DNA of 64,000 nt from Macrostomum lignano (Eukaryota), in NCBI GenBank assembly GCA_002269645.1, contig NIVC01000717.1, forward strand, positions 186,001-250,000, read 5' to 3'. The translations under genes and the position numbers were made by a program. The notes beneath the pieces are model-generated. The model had not been told where the DNA came from and made no database searches. It was given only the letters and a program-made list of their open reading frames with translations. Positions 48,268 to 61,791 of the stretch are shown piece after piece. Position 1 is the first letter of the stretch. The number at the start of each line of letters is the position of its first letter.

Positions 48268-48590
48268 ATGGATTTCGTTAAGGTTGGAAAATCTGGCAAG
48301 TCACTGAGCCTGACAAGAAAAAGCAATATTGACGGTTACAAGGATATTTGCATCATCAAGGACATCGAGGTGTGTAACGTTGCACTATTGATTTCGTGTA
48401 TTATTAAATTTGTGTCTCTGCTCAATATGCAAGTCACTGGAATATTCTGCAGAGACGAGGCGCCGCAGTCAAGCAACTGGCAGACAATGCATCCAGAATG
48501 CGAACGACTTCTGCGCAATTCAACGATCTTGCGGAGAAACTTGCTCAAAAGCACAAAGCGAAAGATAGAAAACTTTGCACCCTACTGTAA
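48268..48590 (+). CDS. Tomosyn-like R-SNARE mini-protein (or alternative tomosyn terminal exons) ending in CaaX
   Basis: Exon 48268-48369 (MDFVKVGKSGKSLSLTRKSNIDGYKDICIIKDIE), GT-AG intron 48370-48452, exon 48453-48590 (RRGAAVKQLADNASRMRTTSAQFNDLAEKLAQKHKAKDRKLCTLL*); 79 aa. Aligns without gaps to the tomosyn tail encoded at 45794-45937. Exon 2 homology is solid; exon 1 is less sure. Confidence 0.72.
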
Positions 48591-49104
48591 ATTCTGACAA
48601 ATTAATTTTGCGAACAAACTCACAAACTCAAATTGGCGTTTAATATTCCAGTGATGCCGCTAGTTTTGATTTTGTTTTAATCTGTTCCACTATATGCATT
48701 TATTCTTAAATATCTAACAAGCTGTCTTGAAAAAGCCTTGTCACATAACATGTACATCTAAGTCGATTCTGCTGTACATTATATGTTTGATATTTATTCA
48801 GATCTCTAGTAAGATTTTGACCTTTTCTGTCATTTTACGTTTGAACAATCAAACTTTTCTGTTATTAACTGGCTTTATAAACGCTATAGGTTTTCATATT
48901 AGAAAGTTTTTCACAAACGCTACTTTCTACTTGTACCAGTAGTGCAGCTTGCGTATTACGAGAAAGAGTAAAGCTTTTGTAAGAATGTATAGTAGCTATT
49001 TAGTTACACTATTAAATCAATAATTACTGGCAGATTTACTTTAGATTGGCTCAATATATATAAAGCTTCAATTAAATGACTTATGTTCTTGATGAAACTA
49101 TTAT

Positions 49105-49582
<478 letters not shown>

Positions 49583-49701
49583 CATTAAATTTGTCTAAAC
49601 TTCAGTCTGATTAAGGCTGCATTTAGTATAAGCATCTGGGACTTGGTTGAACAATTTATTTGAGCAAATGGAGACGAGTTCTTAATCCCATGCAACACTC
49701 C

Positions 49702-49998
49702 TCACTTCTCAGCGCGCACTCGCAGAGTCCTGACTCGATCTTGGATCACCTTGCGCAGTCGCTCTTCCTCTTTGACGTTGATCAGCACCAGCACGTCGTT
49801 GTCGGTGACGCCGCAAGCGTACAGCGATGCGACGTCCTGCAGAACCTCCGCCTTGAAGATCAGCTTCATTTCGGTGACTGTCTCCGGGAACGATCGGATG
49901 GCGAGGTGGACTCGCTGTTTGAGTTGCAGCACAGAGAACCAAGGCGGGCAGTCAATCAGATAGGCTCGCCTGCCGTGCAGAATTCTAATGCGGATCAT
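49702..49998 (-). CDS. Small ubiquitin-like domain protein (98 aa), no C-terminal diglycine
   Basis: GC-rich ORF in AT-rich context; ubiquitin-fold pattern MIRIRI..SVLQLKQRV..MKLIFKAEVLQD..SL..CGVTDNDVLVL, then a charged helix. A GTGAG donor near the stop means a further exon is possible. Confidence 0.8.
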   Translation of the reverse strand: MIRIRILHGRRAYLIDCPPWFSVLQLKQRVHLAIRSFPETVTEMKLIFKAEVLQDVASLYACGVTDNDVLVLINVKEEERLRKVIQDRVRTLRVRAEK

Positions 49999-50194
49999 TG
50001 AGTCTTTAAGTTGATTATTTATAATGATTTTAATCAAAACAAAACATCTATGTTAAACTTTGTCCGATTCTATATCGTTTCTACATCTTTAATCTATAAC
50101 TGCATGAGCAGCTGAAGCCATAGACTACGTGCTAACAATTTGGTGTTTCGGCCAAGGTTCAAAAAGGGTCTGCTACTGCACTAGCGTGAGTAGT

Positions 50195-50420
50195 CAGGTA
50201 AGGTGACTGAGGAGGTGTCAGATAAGGAGACTGAAGACGTGGTCAGGTAAGGAGACTGAAGACGTGGTCAGGTAAGGAGACTGCAGAAGTGTCAGGTAAG
50301 GAGACTGCAGAAGTGTCAGGTAAGGAGACTGAAGATGTGTCAGGTAAGGAGACTGAAGAGGTGTCAGGTAAGGAGACTGAAGAGGTGTCAGATAAGGAGA
50401 CTGAAGAGGTCAGGTAAGTA
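50195..50420. repeat. 24-bp minisatellite (AGGAGACTGAAGASGTGTCAGGTA), about 9 copies
   Basis: Direct tandem array. Confidence 0.93.
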
Positions 50421-52021
50421 CAGCCATTTCGGATATTTTCAACACCGAATCGATGAGTCTCGTACATGTTTATCAAGCATTTACATTCACGGTTTTTTTA
50501 AAAGAAATGAAACTTTTGAGTGCAAAATTTTTCTCAGAAATATGAACGGAGTCTGTGACAGCTAATCCTCTGCATCGATTAAATCCTTTGCAGGTGCGTT
50601 AGACGGGAGGTTGAGCTGCTGAACTAAGTAGGGATTAGAAATCAGATTAAAGCGCACTACCTGCATAATCCCTAGGGATTCGGTAGGGCAGGTATCCATG
50701 ACGTGCCGCGGAATGACGCTCTCAGTGATTAGAGTGCTAGATTATCATTATGTACTTGTAGATTATCTGTACCTTTCATAGCGTCACTTTCTCTGCATTA
50801 AAATCTAATAGCAATTAGTTTCTACGTGATAGAAAGGCTTCCTGAGAGAAATATAATAGAGAGGCTTGATGAAATCAGTCAGCTCAGTTAACATCTTGAC
50901 AACATTTTTCTCACTTTATACTGTGCACTGCATTTACAAGCTAATGAGCTCAATACTTTAGTTAAACTCTTTTTTGTGCGCAAATTACGATGTACTTTAA
51001 ATGCCAAGCTATAGCAGAATTCATGTAATTGGCATCAATAGAACGTTAATTGACAACCAATTATTGACACTAAATAATGCATTCAACAATTCAGCTCATA
51101 GTCAGCTCGTTACCTTGGTTCGAGACTAGGAGACAGAAATTAGACTCAGCAACATCGAAAAGTCGCCATCACAGAGGAGGAATTAAGTGGGGGGGAGCGG
51201 TGTGCGGGGGTTGGACGGATTAAAGCTACCCCGATCAGTTTTCTTGCATATTTTATTTCAGAAAAAATCTAAGAGAAATTGCTCACAGGCGCGTAGAGTG
51301 GCGGCTTTTCAATGTTGCTGAGTATAGGTGTCTTTCCGGCTGACACCAAGCCAAACTGCACAGCACCTTAGTCACGATATCCTGTGAACTTCGCTCCATG
51401 TTCAAATTCTATTTACCTTTTCGTCATATATTGGTCAGTTTCGAATCTAGATTCGGCCAAAAACGGATTGGTACCACTGAGTTATTGCTCGAACGGATTT
51501 ATCTGCACTTTCTGGGTGTTCATGCAGATCTTCAAAAACATGCAGGGTCGACAGACACCTCACCGCATGAGGTGAGCCGTTTTTAAAGAATAAAGAGTTG
51601 GATTGATAAAAAAATTGTAATAAGCTTAGGTACAACTGTAGTTGCTCTTAACCATGTAGGTTGTTTAACGCTTAATGTTGTTTAATAATTGCGTTATAAT
51701 CATTTATAATTTTTATAATTTGTACAACACTTTATGTACAACATAAAACGTTTTGTACAACACTTTCTCTTCTATGCGTGACAGAAAATTAGGGTCACAA
51801 AATCACACAAAAATTACATTGACAATAAAACAATAATAATATTATAAAGTGCTTGACTAATATGTGCAAAAGTACACATGCTACCCTGTGAAAGAACAAC
51901 ATTAAACTACAATTTACAGACATTTTTCTGGTGGTTTTTTCATTTTTTTGTGTTTGAGTGTCAGAGAGCATGGATAAGCAAAAGAGGGGGAGCAGATGCA
52001 TGTAGTTGTCAAAGTTGATCA

Positions 52022-53281
52022 TCAGACAGTGCTCACGGTGAGCTTAGTGTGCGAAGGTTGATTGTGGTAGTCCTTCTGCTTGATAAGCTGCTGCTGCTGC
52101 TTCTGCTGCTGCTCTGCTTTTCCTCGACTGGTCCTGGTGGCCAGAGCAACAGCCGTCTGCTGCTGACTGCGGTGTCTGTACAGGGCCGATTTAATCGACT
52201 TGCCTTTGGCCTCGCGAAGTCGTTGAACCCGATCCTCAGCGGCCAGGCAGCAGCTGCAGCCGGGGCAGAGTCGATGACAGCGCAAGGCCACCAGCAGCTG
52301 GGACACAACCAGCAGAGATCGCCGCCTGAACGAGCGCACGAACACCAGGTACACCCAGAAGTTCAGCACGTAGTTGAAATCCTTCACAGACGAAGTGAAT
52401 CGAGAGTTGTGCGACAGGAAAGCGGCGTACTTGGCGTGCTGCTTCTGGTAGGCCTCGGGCCGGCTCTCGAACACCTGGCGAACGCAGATGCTGACAGCCA
52501 GAGGGAGGACCAGAATGCAATAGGCGATCGCCAGGGTCAGGTGGGCATAGAACCTGCTCATCTCCATCTGATTGTCGGCAGCTGTTGGCAAGATACTTGC
52601 TCGATTGCGTCGAATCACTGTCAGCTTGGCCACGATCACAACGCCCAGGAGGCAGACAATGACAGACGGCACAACGAACGAACCGAACGTCATGAAGTAG
52701 AGCATGACGCGAGACAGGCTCCGGTTGACGCCGCTCTGTGCTTGAAGCTCGCACTTGCGCTCAAGCTGGAGACCAATTTTGCTAGTGTTCTGCAGTTGAA
52801 TATCGTGAATGAGAGCCATCGGGAGCATCAGAGTCAGGCCGCACAGGTAAGTTAACCCGACAATCAGCAGAGTAGGTTTGATGTAAAAATGTGACATAAA
52901 CTGTAACGGCCGGAATATGGTCAGCGTGCGGTCCAGACTGAAGATGATGAGCAGGTAAGACGAAGTGAAGTAGGCCACGCTGGGAATGTACTCCATCAGT
53001 TTACAGGTGACGCTGGATATAGTGTCAATCTTGATAAGAATTGCTCCGCCAGACGCGTACCAGAGTCCCCGGCCAAGAAAGTCGTCCAGAAACGTGTTAA
53101 AAATCAGCGCAAACGTGTCGGAGACGGCTATAGCGATGCCATACACGGCGAACCGGGTCCAGCGACGGCTTCCAGCATTTTCCAGCAGGAATATGGCCAT
53201 TGTTGTCACGTTGCCAAGCAGTCCGAAAAGTACAACGCCAGGCATGACGTAACCGCGAAGTATGCCAACTGCATCGTCCAT
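52022..53281 (-). CDS. Class A (rhodopsin-like) orphan/peptide-type GPCR, coding region intronless
   Basis: Seven hydrophobic segments; GLLGN (TM1), AVSD (TM2), C at the top of TM3, SLDR (DRY variant), LP in TM4/TM6, NFWVY (NPxxY variant), helix 8 SFRR, polyQ tail. A short upstream exon is possible. Confidence 0.9.
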   Translation of the reverse strand: MDDAVGILRGYVMPGVVLFGLLGNVTTMAIFLLENAGSRRWTRFAVYGIAIAVSDTFALIFNTFLDDFLGRGLWYASGGAILIKIDTISSVTCKLMEYIPSVAYFTSSYLLIIFSLDRTLTIFRPLQFMSHFYIKPTLLIVGLTYLCGLTLMLPMALIHDIQLQNTSKIGLQLERKCELQAQSGVNRSLSRVMLYFMTFGSFVVPSVIVCLLGVVIVAKLTVIRRNRASILPTAADNQMEMSRFYAHLTLAIAYCILVLPLAVSICVRQVFESRPEAYQKQHAKYAAFLSHNSRFTSSVKDFNYVLNFWVYLVFVRSFRRRSLLVVSQLLVALRCHRLCPGCSCCLAAEDRVQRLREAKGKSIKSALYRHRSQQQTAVALATRTSRGKAEQQQKQQQQLIKQKDYHNQPSHTKLTVSTV

Positions 53282-54088
53282 AATGATGTAGTGATCTCTA
53301 TCAAACAAACGTTCCCTGTTTGCGCAAGAAGATTTTTAGGTCAGACAGTCAGCCGCATCCGCGATATTTAGGTTTCATTCTCGGATAAGCAAAGAAATTC
53401 GGGTGGGCAGAAGCCCGTCAACCAATAGGAGAGAAACTGCTCATTCATTGCTCAGTTTGGCCCTGCCGGAGAAGAATTCGAAATTACTGATGTGCCGTCC
53501 TGTTTCCAGCCTGTGCGCCAGCAAGTGACAAACTGGATTTCCCGCTCCCCCCGACTCGGGATGCCTTCTCCAGCTCTGTCAGCGCAGCGTCAGTCAGTGC
53601 AACTTGCATCCTTCTGCGCTTAGTTTATGGGAACCGCAATTTGTCAAACTCATTCCCCATCTAGGCTGGCTCTCGGCAGCTCCCCTCAACCCTTAGTTGG
53701 TCCTCAAGCCGAAAATGCTTTCTTTGCTCATACCAGAGATTGGGATTTCCTCCCATGCTAGGGCGCGTCGCTTTACAAGTTACCACGAGGCTCTCAAGCT
53801 GTGGCTGAAGACTCCCGCTTGAGTCTCTGCGGCATCCAGCGGCCGCCCGCCCAAGGAAAGGCAGAGTGGCTCAAAGAGCTTCACTGTGGCATTCTGCTGA
53901 TGGCCTTCTTATCCGGGCTTCCTCATCTGCGAAAGAGGCATCAGGGAGCAGAAGTAATACCCTTAATCTCAGCTTGTCTAGGAAGCCAAAACCAAAATCC
54001 CTTTTTATAACCCCATTCTGGGCAAAAATCCCCGTGTGTCTTTCGTAGTTTCGTAGCATGTTTATCAACAAAAAAATCCCCTTATGCC

Positions 54089-54350
<262 letters not shown>

Positions 54351-54769
54351 AGCAGCTGAGGCAGGCAGTGAAATCATGCCGCAGGGGAGGCAGCCGCGGG
54401 GGTAATTAAGTTAACACGGGGCCCACATCCCAGCCAGTTACCTCTCGCCCAAAGCCTTCCCGTAAATTTTCCCCCGTCCGGGCACTCAGCCCCCCCTCCC
54501 CCCCTCATCCCCAGTTTCGCGTGTCTTGCCAGATTTTTCGGTCCATTTTGAGTGCAGCTTATTTAATAAAAAATTGTAGGCAGCCTGTCATGCTCTGCAG
54601 TGGCTCTGGCAGGCAAGAGTACGAAGAATAACAGGGGGACACATTTACAACGAAACGGCCCTGATGGCTCCTAAGTCTGGCAAAGAAGTTACAGCTTGTA
54701 AATCATAATATTTACCAGCAATGGAATTCCCTACAGATAACTGCGGCATTCCCCACAATCAGAAGTAGA

Positions 54770-55800
54770 ATTCCCTACAATCAACACTAGAATTGCCTAC
54801 AATCAACAATAGAATTGCCTACAATCAACAATAGAATTGCCTACAATCAACAATAGAATTCCCTACAATCAACACTAGAATTGCCTACAATCAACAATAG
54901 AATTGCCTACAATCAACAATAGAATTGCCTACAATCAACACAAGAATTGCCTACAATCAACACTAGAATTGCCTACAATCAACAATAGAATTGCCTACAA
55001 TCAACACTAGAATTGCCTACAATCAACAATAGAATTGCCTACAATCAACAATAGAATTCCCTACAATCAACAATAGAATTCTCTACAATCAACACTAGAA
55101 TTGCCTACAATCAACAATAGAATTGCCTACAATCAACACTAGAATTGCCTACAATCAACAATAGAATTCCCCACAATCAACAATAGAATTCCCCACAATC
55201 AACAATGGAATTCCCTACAATCAACAATGGAACTTCCTACAATCAACAATGGAATTCCCCACAATCAACAATGGAATTCCCCACAATGAACACTAGAATT
55301 CCCCACAATCAACAATAGAATTCCCTACAATCAACAATAGAATTCCCTACAATCAACAATGGAATTCCCTACAATCAACAATAGAATTGCCTACAATCAA
55401 CAATGGAATTCCCTACAATCAACAATAGAATTCCCTACAATCAACAATGGAATTCCCTACAATCAACAATGGAACTTCCTACAATCAACAATAGAATTGC
55501 CTACAATCAACAATAGAATTCCCTACAATCAACAATGGAATTCCCTACAATCAACAATAGAATTCCCTACAATCAACAATAGAATTCCCTACAATCAACA
55601 ATGGAATTCCCTACAATCAACAATGGAATTCCCTACAATCAACAATGGAACTTCCTACAATCAACAATAGAATTCCCTACAATCAACAATAGAATTCCCC
55701 ACAATCAACAATAGAATTCTCTACAATCAACAATAGAATTCCCCACAATTAACAATAGAATTCTCTACAATCAACAATAGAATTCCCCACAATTAACACC
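54770..55800. repeat. 22-bp minisatellite (CTACAATCAACAATRGAATTSC), about 46 copies
   Basis: Direct tandem array. Confidence 0.97.
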
Positions 55801-56399
55801 AGAATTCGCTCAATTAGTAGAATTTTCCTAGTGATGTGAGAATTTCAAATAAACTACTTATTAAAACTTCTCCTTATTCAGATAACTACCCTCTGTAAGA
55901 AATACTCCGGAGAACTGAATGCAATGCGAATCCTAGGAAAATAACCGAGTTTAAGGAGATCAATTTCGAATTTCTTTTTTCCGCTTCAAACAAGAAGTTA
56001 CATGCCGAATACTTTTCAACGAAATTGCTTTTAGGCTTCCTGGAGGCAGTTTTCCACAGGAAATTGCATCTTTTGAGAGTCTGCGGTTTTAGATTGCGGG
56101 CCTGAGCTCGAGTTCAATTTCCTTTACTAGAAACAGGTAAAAACTGTGATTGAGAAGCAGCTGCAGAACCCATTCATTATTCTTGTATCTACAGTTTGTC
56201 CTGCATTCGGTGTCTCGGGGTGAGGTGCAAGGTTCGTGTCCTTCATTCTTGCATTCTTTGTGTTCTAAAACTTTTCCTATTAACTTTTTCTTATTTGATT
56301 CAAATTGGTCGCTCGTAAAGAACCAGAATTGAGACGCCGCTGTGTGGGTTTGATTATGCGCAATGATTTAGGATTGTTGCACAAAAACTTTACTGCAGG

Positions 56400-56444
56400 G
56401 ACAGACAAACAAACATGGACAGACAGGCAGACAGACAGACAGGC

Positions 56445-56501
<57 letters not shown>

Positions 56502-56503
56502 GG

Positions 56504-56561
<58 letters not shown>

Positions 56562-56925
56562 TGGACAGACAGACATGGACAGACAGACATGGACCGACAG
56601 ACATGGACCGACAGACATGGACAGACAGACATGGACAGACAGACATGGACCGACAGACATGGACCGACAGACATGGACAGACAGACATGGACAGACAGAC
56701 ATGGACAGACAGACATGGACAGACAGACATGGACAGACAGACATGGACCGACAGACATGGACAGACAGACATGGACAGACAGACATGGACAGACAGACAT
56801 GGACAGACAGACATGGACAGACAGACATGGACAGACAGACATGGACAGACAGACATGGACAGACAGACATGGACAGACAGACATGGACAGACAGACATGG
56901 ACAGACAGACATGGACAGACAGACT
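56400..56925. repeat. (GACA)n evolving into a 14-bp (ATGGACAGACAGAC)n array
   Basis: Visible transition at about 56560. Confidence 0.96.
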
Positions 56926-57899
56926 AGAACTCTGTGACGAATAAATTCACTGGTGAAATTATTTAATTAACACTGAGAGGGAGACAAAAGTGAGACGGAT
57001 TGAGACGGATTGCAATCAGCCGGTAGAAATCGAGTGAATGATGAAGTCAGATTGACTAAAATTAAAAGCAGCCTGCAGAAACAGAATTGGTATACTCCAT
57101 GGCTAATGGACTCATGCGAAGTTGGGAAGAGAGAACCTCACATTGGGAGCTGAGCTTTCTCAGCTCAGAGATGGAGTGCAGCTTCACTTGCCACAGGAAC
57201 AGCCAGAAGAGCCTCCCTGCTCTTTCGTTGGCTTGCGTCGATTAACTTTCCTTCCTTTTTCTCCCGCTTGTCTCAATCTCGGGAATCTCCCAAAGATGAT
57301 GGCCGTGCAGTGATGGAGATTAGCTATGTAAAGTCCAAGCAGACTTATAGATGCAGGGGGGGGGGTGCGAAGAAGCTGAGCGCAGAGATTTGCATTTGCT
57401 GGCTGGGCCGGGCAATGCGGGTATAAAGCGCCTTCACTTTCTAGGAATTTGATGGCGATATTAGTGACGAATTGTCGCACACTCTGGTTGGAGACAGAAG
57501 TGCAAGGCAGACAGACGTCCCGAAAACGCACAAGTTGCAATTGTGTACTTTGTTAATTAGACATATTCTGTTTTGAGAGGCTGAGGTAATTGGCTCTGTC
57601 AGAATAACTTGGCGTTTTAAAATAGGGATAGGGGGGGGGCTCAGCTGATTTTGGCGTTACGACCCCCTGTGCGAGGCTGTATTCATTTGGGGCTTGTCCT
57701 AGAAAATTGGCCATGGGGGGTTGTCGTGCCCATCACACACCCATGAAAAAGTCAACCCCCAAGGCACAGGAGTGTACATGCCTGATGATTAGAAATTCAG
57801 GTACCTGCGTACAGAATTGGCGCGATTGTGTGCTCATGCATCAGCGGAATGGGCAGAACTGGCTCAGCGCTTGGTGTGAGGCGATGTTGCCGAAGACAC

Positions 57900-58520
57900 T
57901 CACCCCAGCCAAACCCACCAACCCCAAAAAGTCTGTCCATCTTCACCTTCAGCCAACCCACCACCCCCAAAAAGTCTGTCCATCCTCACCCCCAGCCAAA
58001 CTCACCACCCCAAAAAGTCCATTCATCCCCACCCCAGCAAAACCCACCACCCCAAAAAGTCAAAATTCATCCACACCCCAGCCAACCCACCACCCCCAAA
58101 AAGTCTGTCCATCCTCACCCCCAGAAAAACCCACCACCCCAAAAAGTCAAAATTCATCCACACCCCAGCCAACCCACCACCCCCAAAAAGTCTGTCCATC
58201 CTCACCCCCAGCCAAACCCACCACCTCAAAAAGTCCATTCATCCACACCCCAGCCAAACCCACCACCCCAAAAAGTCCATTCATCCACACCCCAGCCAAA
58301 CCCACCACCCCAAAAAGTCTATTCATCCACACCCCAGCCAAACCCACCAACCCCAAAAAGTCAATTAATTCATTCACACCCCAGCCAAACAAACCAACCC
58401 CAAAAAGTCAATTCATTCACACCTCTGGCCAAACCCACCAACCCCAAAACCCCTCCACATCAGAGCCAAAGCCACAACCCCATAAGTCGGCCCACCACAC
58501 CCTCAGCCAAACCCACCAAC
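57900..58520. repeat. C/A-rich degenerate tandem repeat (CCAGCCAAACCCACCACCCCAAAAAGTC..)
   Basis: Repeated 30-64-bp units. Confidence 0.88.
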
Positions 58521-59639
58521 CCAAAGAGTCAAAATTTCTCTTAACAGGCCTATGCTAAAAAAATTAATGCTGCCAGCTCCAAGGCAGATTTCAGAGATTC
58601 ATCAAATCGGTCACTGTATCAAACTCGGCTTCGATTTTTCTAAACATGAATTAAGTGACATTGCAGTGGTATTGCCTGAGGTTAAAGAATTTCTGACTAA
58701 TCTTCTAACCCCGTACGCCAGTCTAAAATGAGATACAGTGTCATTAAATCGGAGTTTGATGCGGAATTGTAAAATGTGCTGAGCACTTCATAATCAGCAG
58801 ATCATGGCATATAAGAGTTATATCATGCAGATTAATGCCTTCAGGCGGTTCTTCTATTCTCTCTTCCCATTGCTAGAAAATTGGAAAGAGATGCTAATTA
58901 TATGACTGCAGATGCATCAAATTTATCCGAGTTCACGTGACCTTTCTGGAGACTTCCATCTCGAAAATTGAATTATTTCATAGTTTTGTTAATAATAGGT
59001 GAAATAGATAAATATTTCGTTCAATAGAAAGATAAAAAATTGTTCATACAGTTGGTTGTACAGTTTGTCATGTAGTCAGTCATGTACTTCACCTAAGAAT
59101 TAGTCAGAGTGAGTCATAGAGTTAGCCACAGAGTTAGTCATGGAGTTAGTCATAGAGTTAGTCATAGATCGAGGTAGTCACAGAATTATTCATAGCGTAC
59201 TTCATAGAATTAGTACACCCTGGTGTAATCAATGCTCCTTAATCTCTGCAACCAGGCTACCGCATACAGTACAATAATAATTCCTAACTGTCATAAGCGC
59301 CATCTACTTTTTTATATTTCCCACAATAAAATGGCGTACTTTAATGACCCTAGATTTTGATAAGCCGTTTCTTACAAAACAATATAACTGTTTTTTATCG
59401 ACATTTTACCAGTTCCGTTTAAATTAAGAGTTGTATATTATTATTAATTTTGTGACCTTTCGCACACTGCAAAGTAACGAAATTGGTATTGAGACTTTTT
59501 TAAAACTCATTTCCGCATATTTAGCAATAATTTCAATACGGGTCCCTAGCCACTGCTTCTTCCAAACAGTAGTCTGATAAGAATATTTAGAAAATCGTTT
59601 TGTTAATTAAAATATCGTTTAAAAAGTCTTCAGGCTTGA

Positions 59640-61322
59640 AGTTGCACCAGGGGCTTTAGCACCAGGGGCTTTAGAACCAGGGGCTTTAGTACCAGGGGCT
59701 TTAGCACCAGGGGCTTTAGCACCAGGGGCTTTAGTACCAGGGGCTTTAGCACCAGGGGCTTTAGCACCAGGGGCTTTAGCACCAGGGGCTTTAGCACCAG
59801 GGGCTTTAGCACCAGGGGCTTTAGCACCAGGGCTTTAGCACCAGGGCTTTAGCACCAGGGGCTTTAGCACCAGGGGCTTTAGCACCAGGGGCTTTAGCAC
59901 CAGGGGCTTTAGCACCAGGGGCTTTAGCACCAGGGGCTTTAGCACCAGGGGCTTTAGCACCAGGGGCTTTAGCACCAGGGGCTTTAGCACCAGGGGCTTT
60001 AGCACCAGGGGCTTTAGCACCAGGGGCTTTAGCACCAGGGGCTTTAGCACCAGGGGCTTTAGCACCAGGGGTTTTAGCACCAGGGGCTTTAGCACCAGGG
60101 GCTTTAGCACCAGGGGCTTTAGCACCAGGGGCTTTAGCACCAGGGGCTTTAGCACCAGGGGCTTTAGCACCAGGGGCTTTAGCACCAGGGGCTTTAGCAC
60201 CAGGGGCTTTAGCACCAGGGGCTTTAGCACCAGGGGCTTTAGCACCAGGGGCTTTAGCACCAGGGGCTTTAGCACCAGGGGCTTTAGCACCAGGGGCTTT
60301 AGCACCAGGGGCTTTAGCACCAGGGGCTTTAGCACCAGGGGCTTTAGCACCAGGGGCTTTAGCACCAGGGGCTTTAGCACCAGGGGCTTTAGCACCAGGG
60401 GCTTTAGCATCCGGGGTTTTAGCATCCGGGGTTTTAGCACCAGGGGCTTTAGCACCAGGGGCTTTAGCACCAGGGGCTTTAGCACCAGGGGCTTTAGCAC
60501 CAGGGGCTTTAGCACCAGGGGCTTTAGCACCAGGGGCTTTAGCACCAGGGGCTTTAGCACCAGGGGCTTTAGCACCAGGGGCTTTAGCACCAGGGGCTTT
60601 AGCACCAGGGGCTTTAGCACCAGGGGCTTTAGCACCAGGGGCTTTAGCACCAGGGGCTTTAGCACCAGGGGCTTTAGCACCAGGGGCTTTAGCACCAGGG
60701 GCTTTAGCACCAGGGGCTTTAGCACCAGGGGCTTTAGCACCAGGGGCTTTAGCATCCGGGGTTTTAGCATCCGGGGTTTTAGCACCAGGGGCTTTAGCAC
60801 CAGGGGCTTTAGCACCAGGGGTTTTAGCACCAGGGGCGCCAGCATCAGGGGCTTTAGCACCAGGGGCTTTAGCACCAGGGGTTTTAGCACCAGGGGCGCC
60901 AGCACCAGGGGCGCCAGCACCAGGGGCGCCAGCACCAGGGGCGCCAGCACCAGGGGCGCCAGCACCAGGGGCGCCAGCACCAGGGGCGCCAGCACCAGGG
61001 GCGCCAGCACCAGGGGCGCCAGCACCAGGGGCGCCAGCACCAGGGGCGCCAGCACCAGGGGCGCCAGCACCAGGGGCGCCAGCACCAGGGGCGCCAGCAC
61101 CAGGGGCGCCAGCACCAGGGGCGCCAGCACCAGGGGCGCCAGCACCAGGGGCGCCAGCACCAGGGGCGCCAGCACCAGGGGCGCCAGCACCAGGGGCGCC
61201 AGCACCAGGGGCGCCAGCACCAGGGGCGCCAGCACCAGGGGCGCCAGCACCAGGGGCGCCAGCACCAGGGGCGCCAGCACCAGGGGCGCCAGCACCAGGG
61301 GCGCCAGCACCAGGGGCGCCAG
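59640..61322. repeat. 15-bp minisatellite, two variant blocks (AGCACCAGGGGCTTT then AGCACCAGGGGCGCC), about 110 copies
   Basis: Direct tandem array; variant switch at about 60830-60900. Confidence 0.98.
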
Positions 61323-61791
61323 CCGTTGATTTCCTAGAGCCCTAGCGTTAAGGTCGGTGACCCCCCCTGCCACCCCGAGGCAGTCAGTAGCCCAGACGGT
61401 TCTGTACTTTACCAAATTTTGTATACAAACATATTTAGCATTAGAATTCACTGGACAGAAGTATGCAAACTTTCGGAAAATAACTGCAGACAGTTCTTCC
61501 TACTAAAAAAGTAGTATGATATGAATAGCACTATAGCACAGTGCAGGTTTGCAGCTTTAAATTTAAATGTTAGCTACTTTGTCCAATTTAGAATTAAATG
61601 GCATTAACTGCACCTCATTCAAGTGCGTATGCACTGAGCTTTCCGCGTCAAAAAAATTGCATTGACTCAAAGATGAAAGTTGAACGTGTCGTTTATATCT
61701 CGGTAGGAACACATCGAATCGACCGAATTTGAACAAAGAATTTCGAAGTTTTATTAGGACTTTTCTGTTCAGTAAAGCTACTTCAATTATG

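Noticed and set aside
48268-48597. The 109-aa unspliced ORF as listed in the track
   Set aside because: It reads through the 83-nt intron into the wrong frame; the SNARE homology is in another frame and needs splicing.
51384-51586. Short ORFs ending near a GTGAG donor
   Set aside because: No recognisable domain or linked exon.
57184-57540. 118-aa minus-strand ORF with several Cys
   Set aside because: No family motif recognised; non-ATG start.
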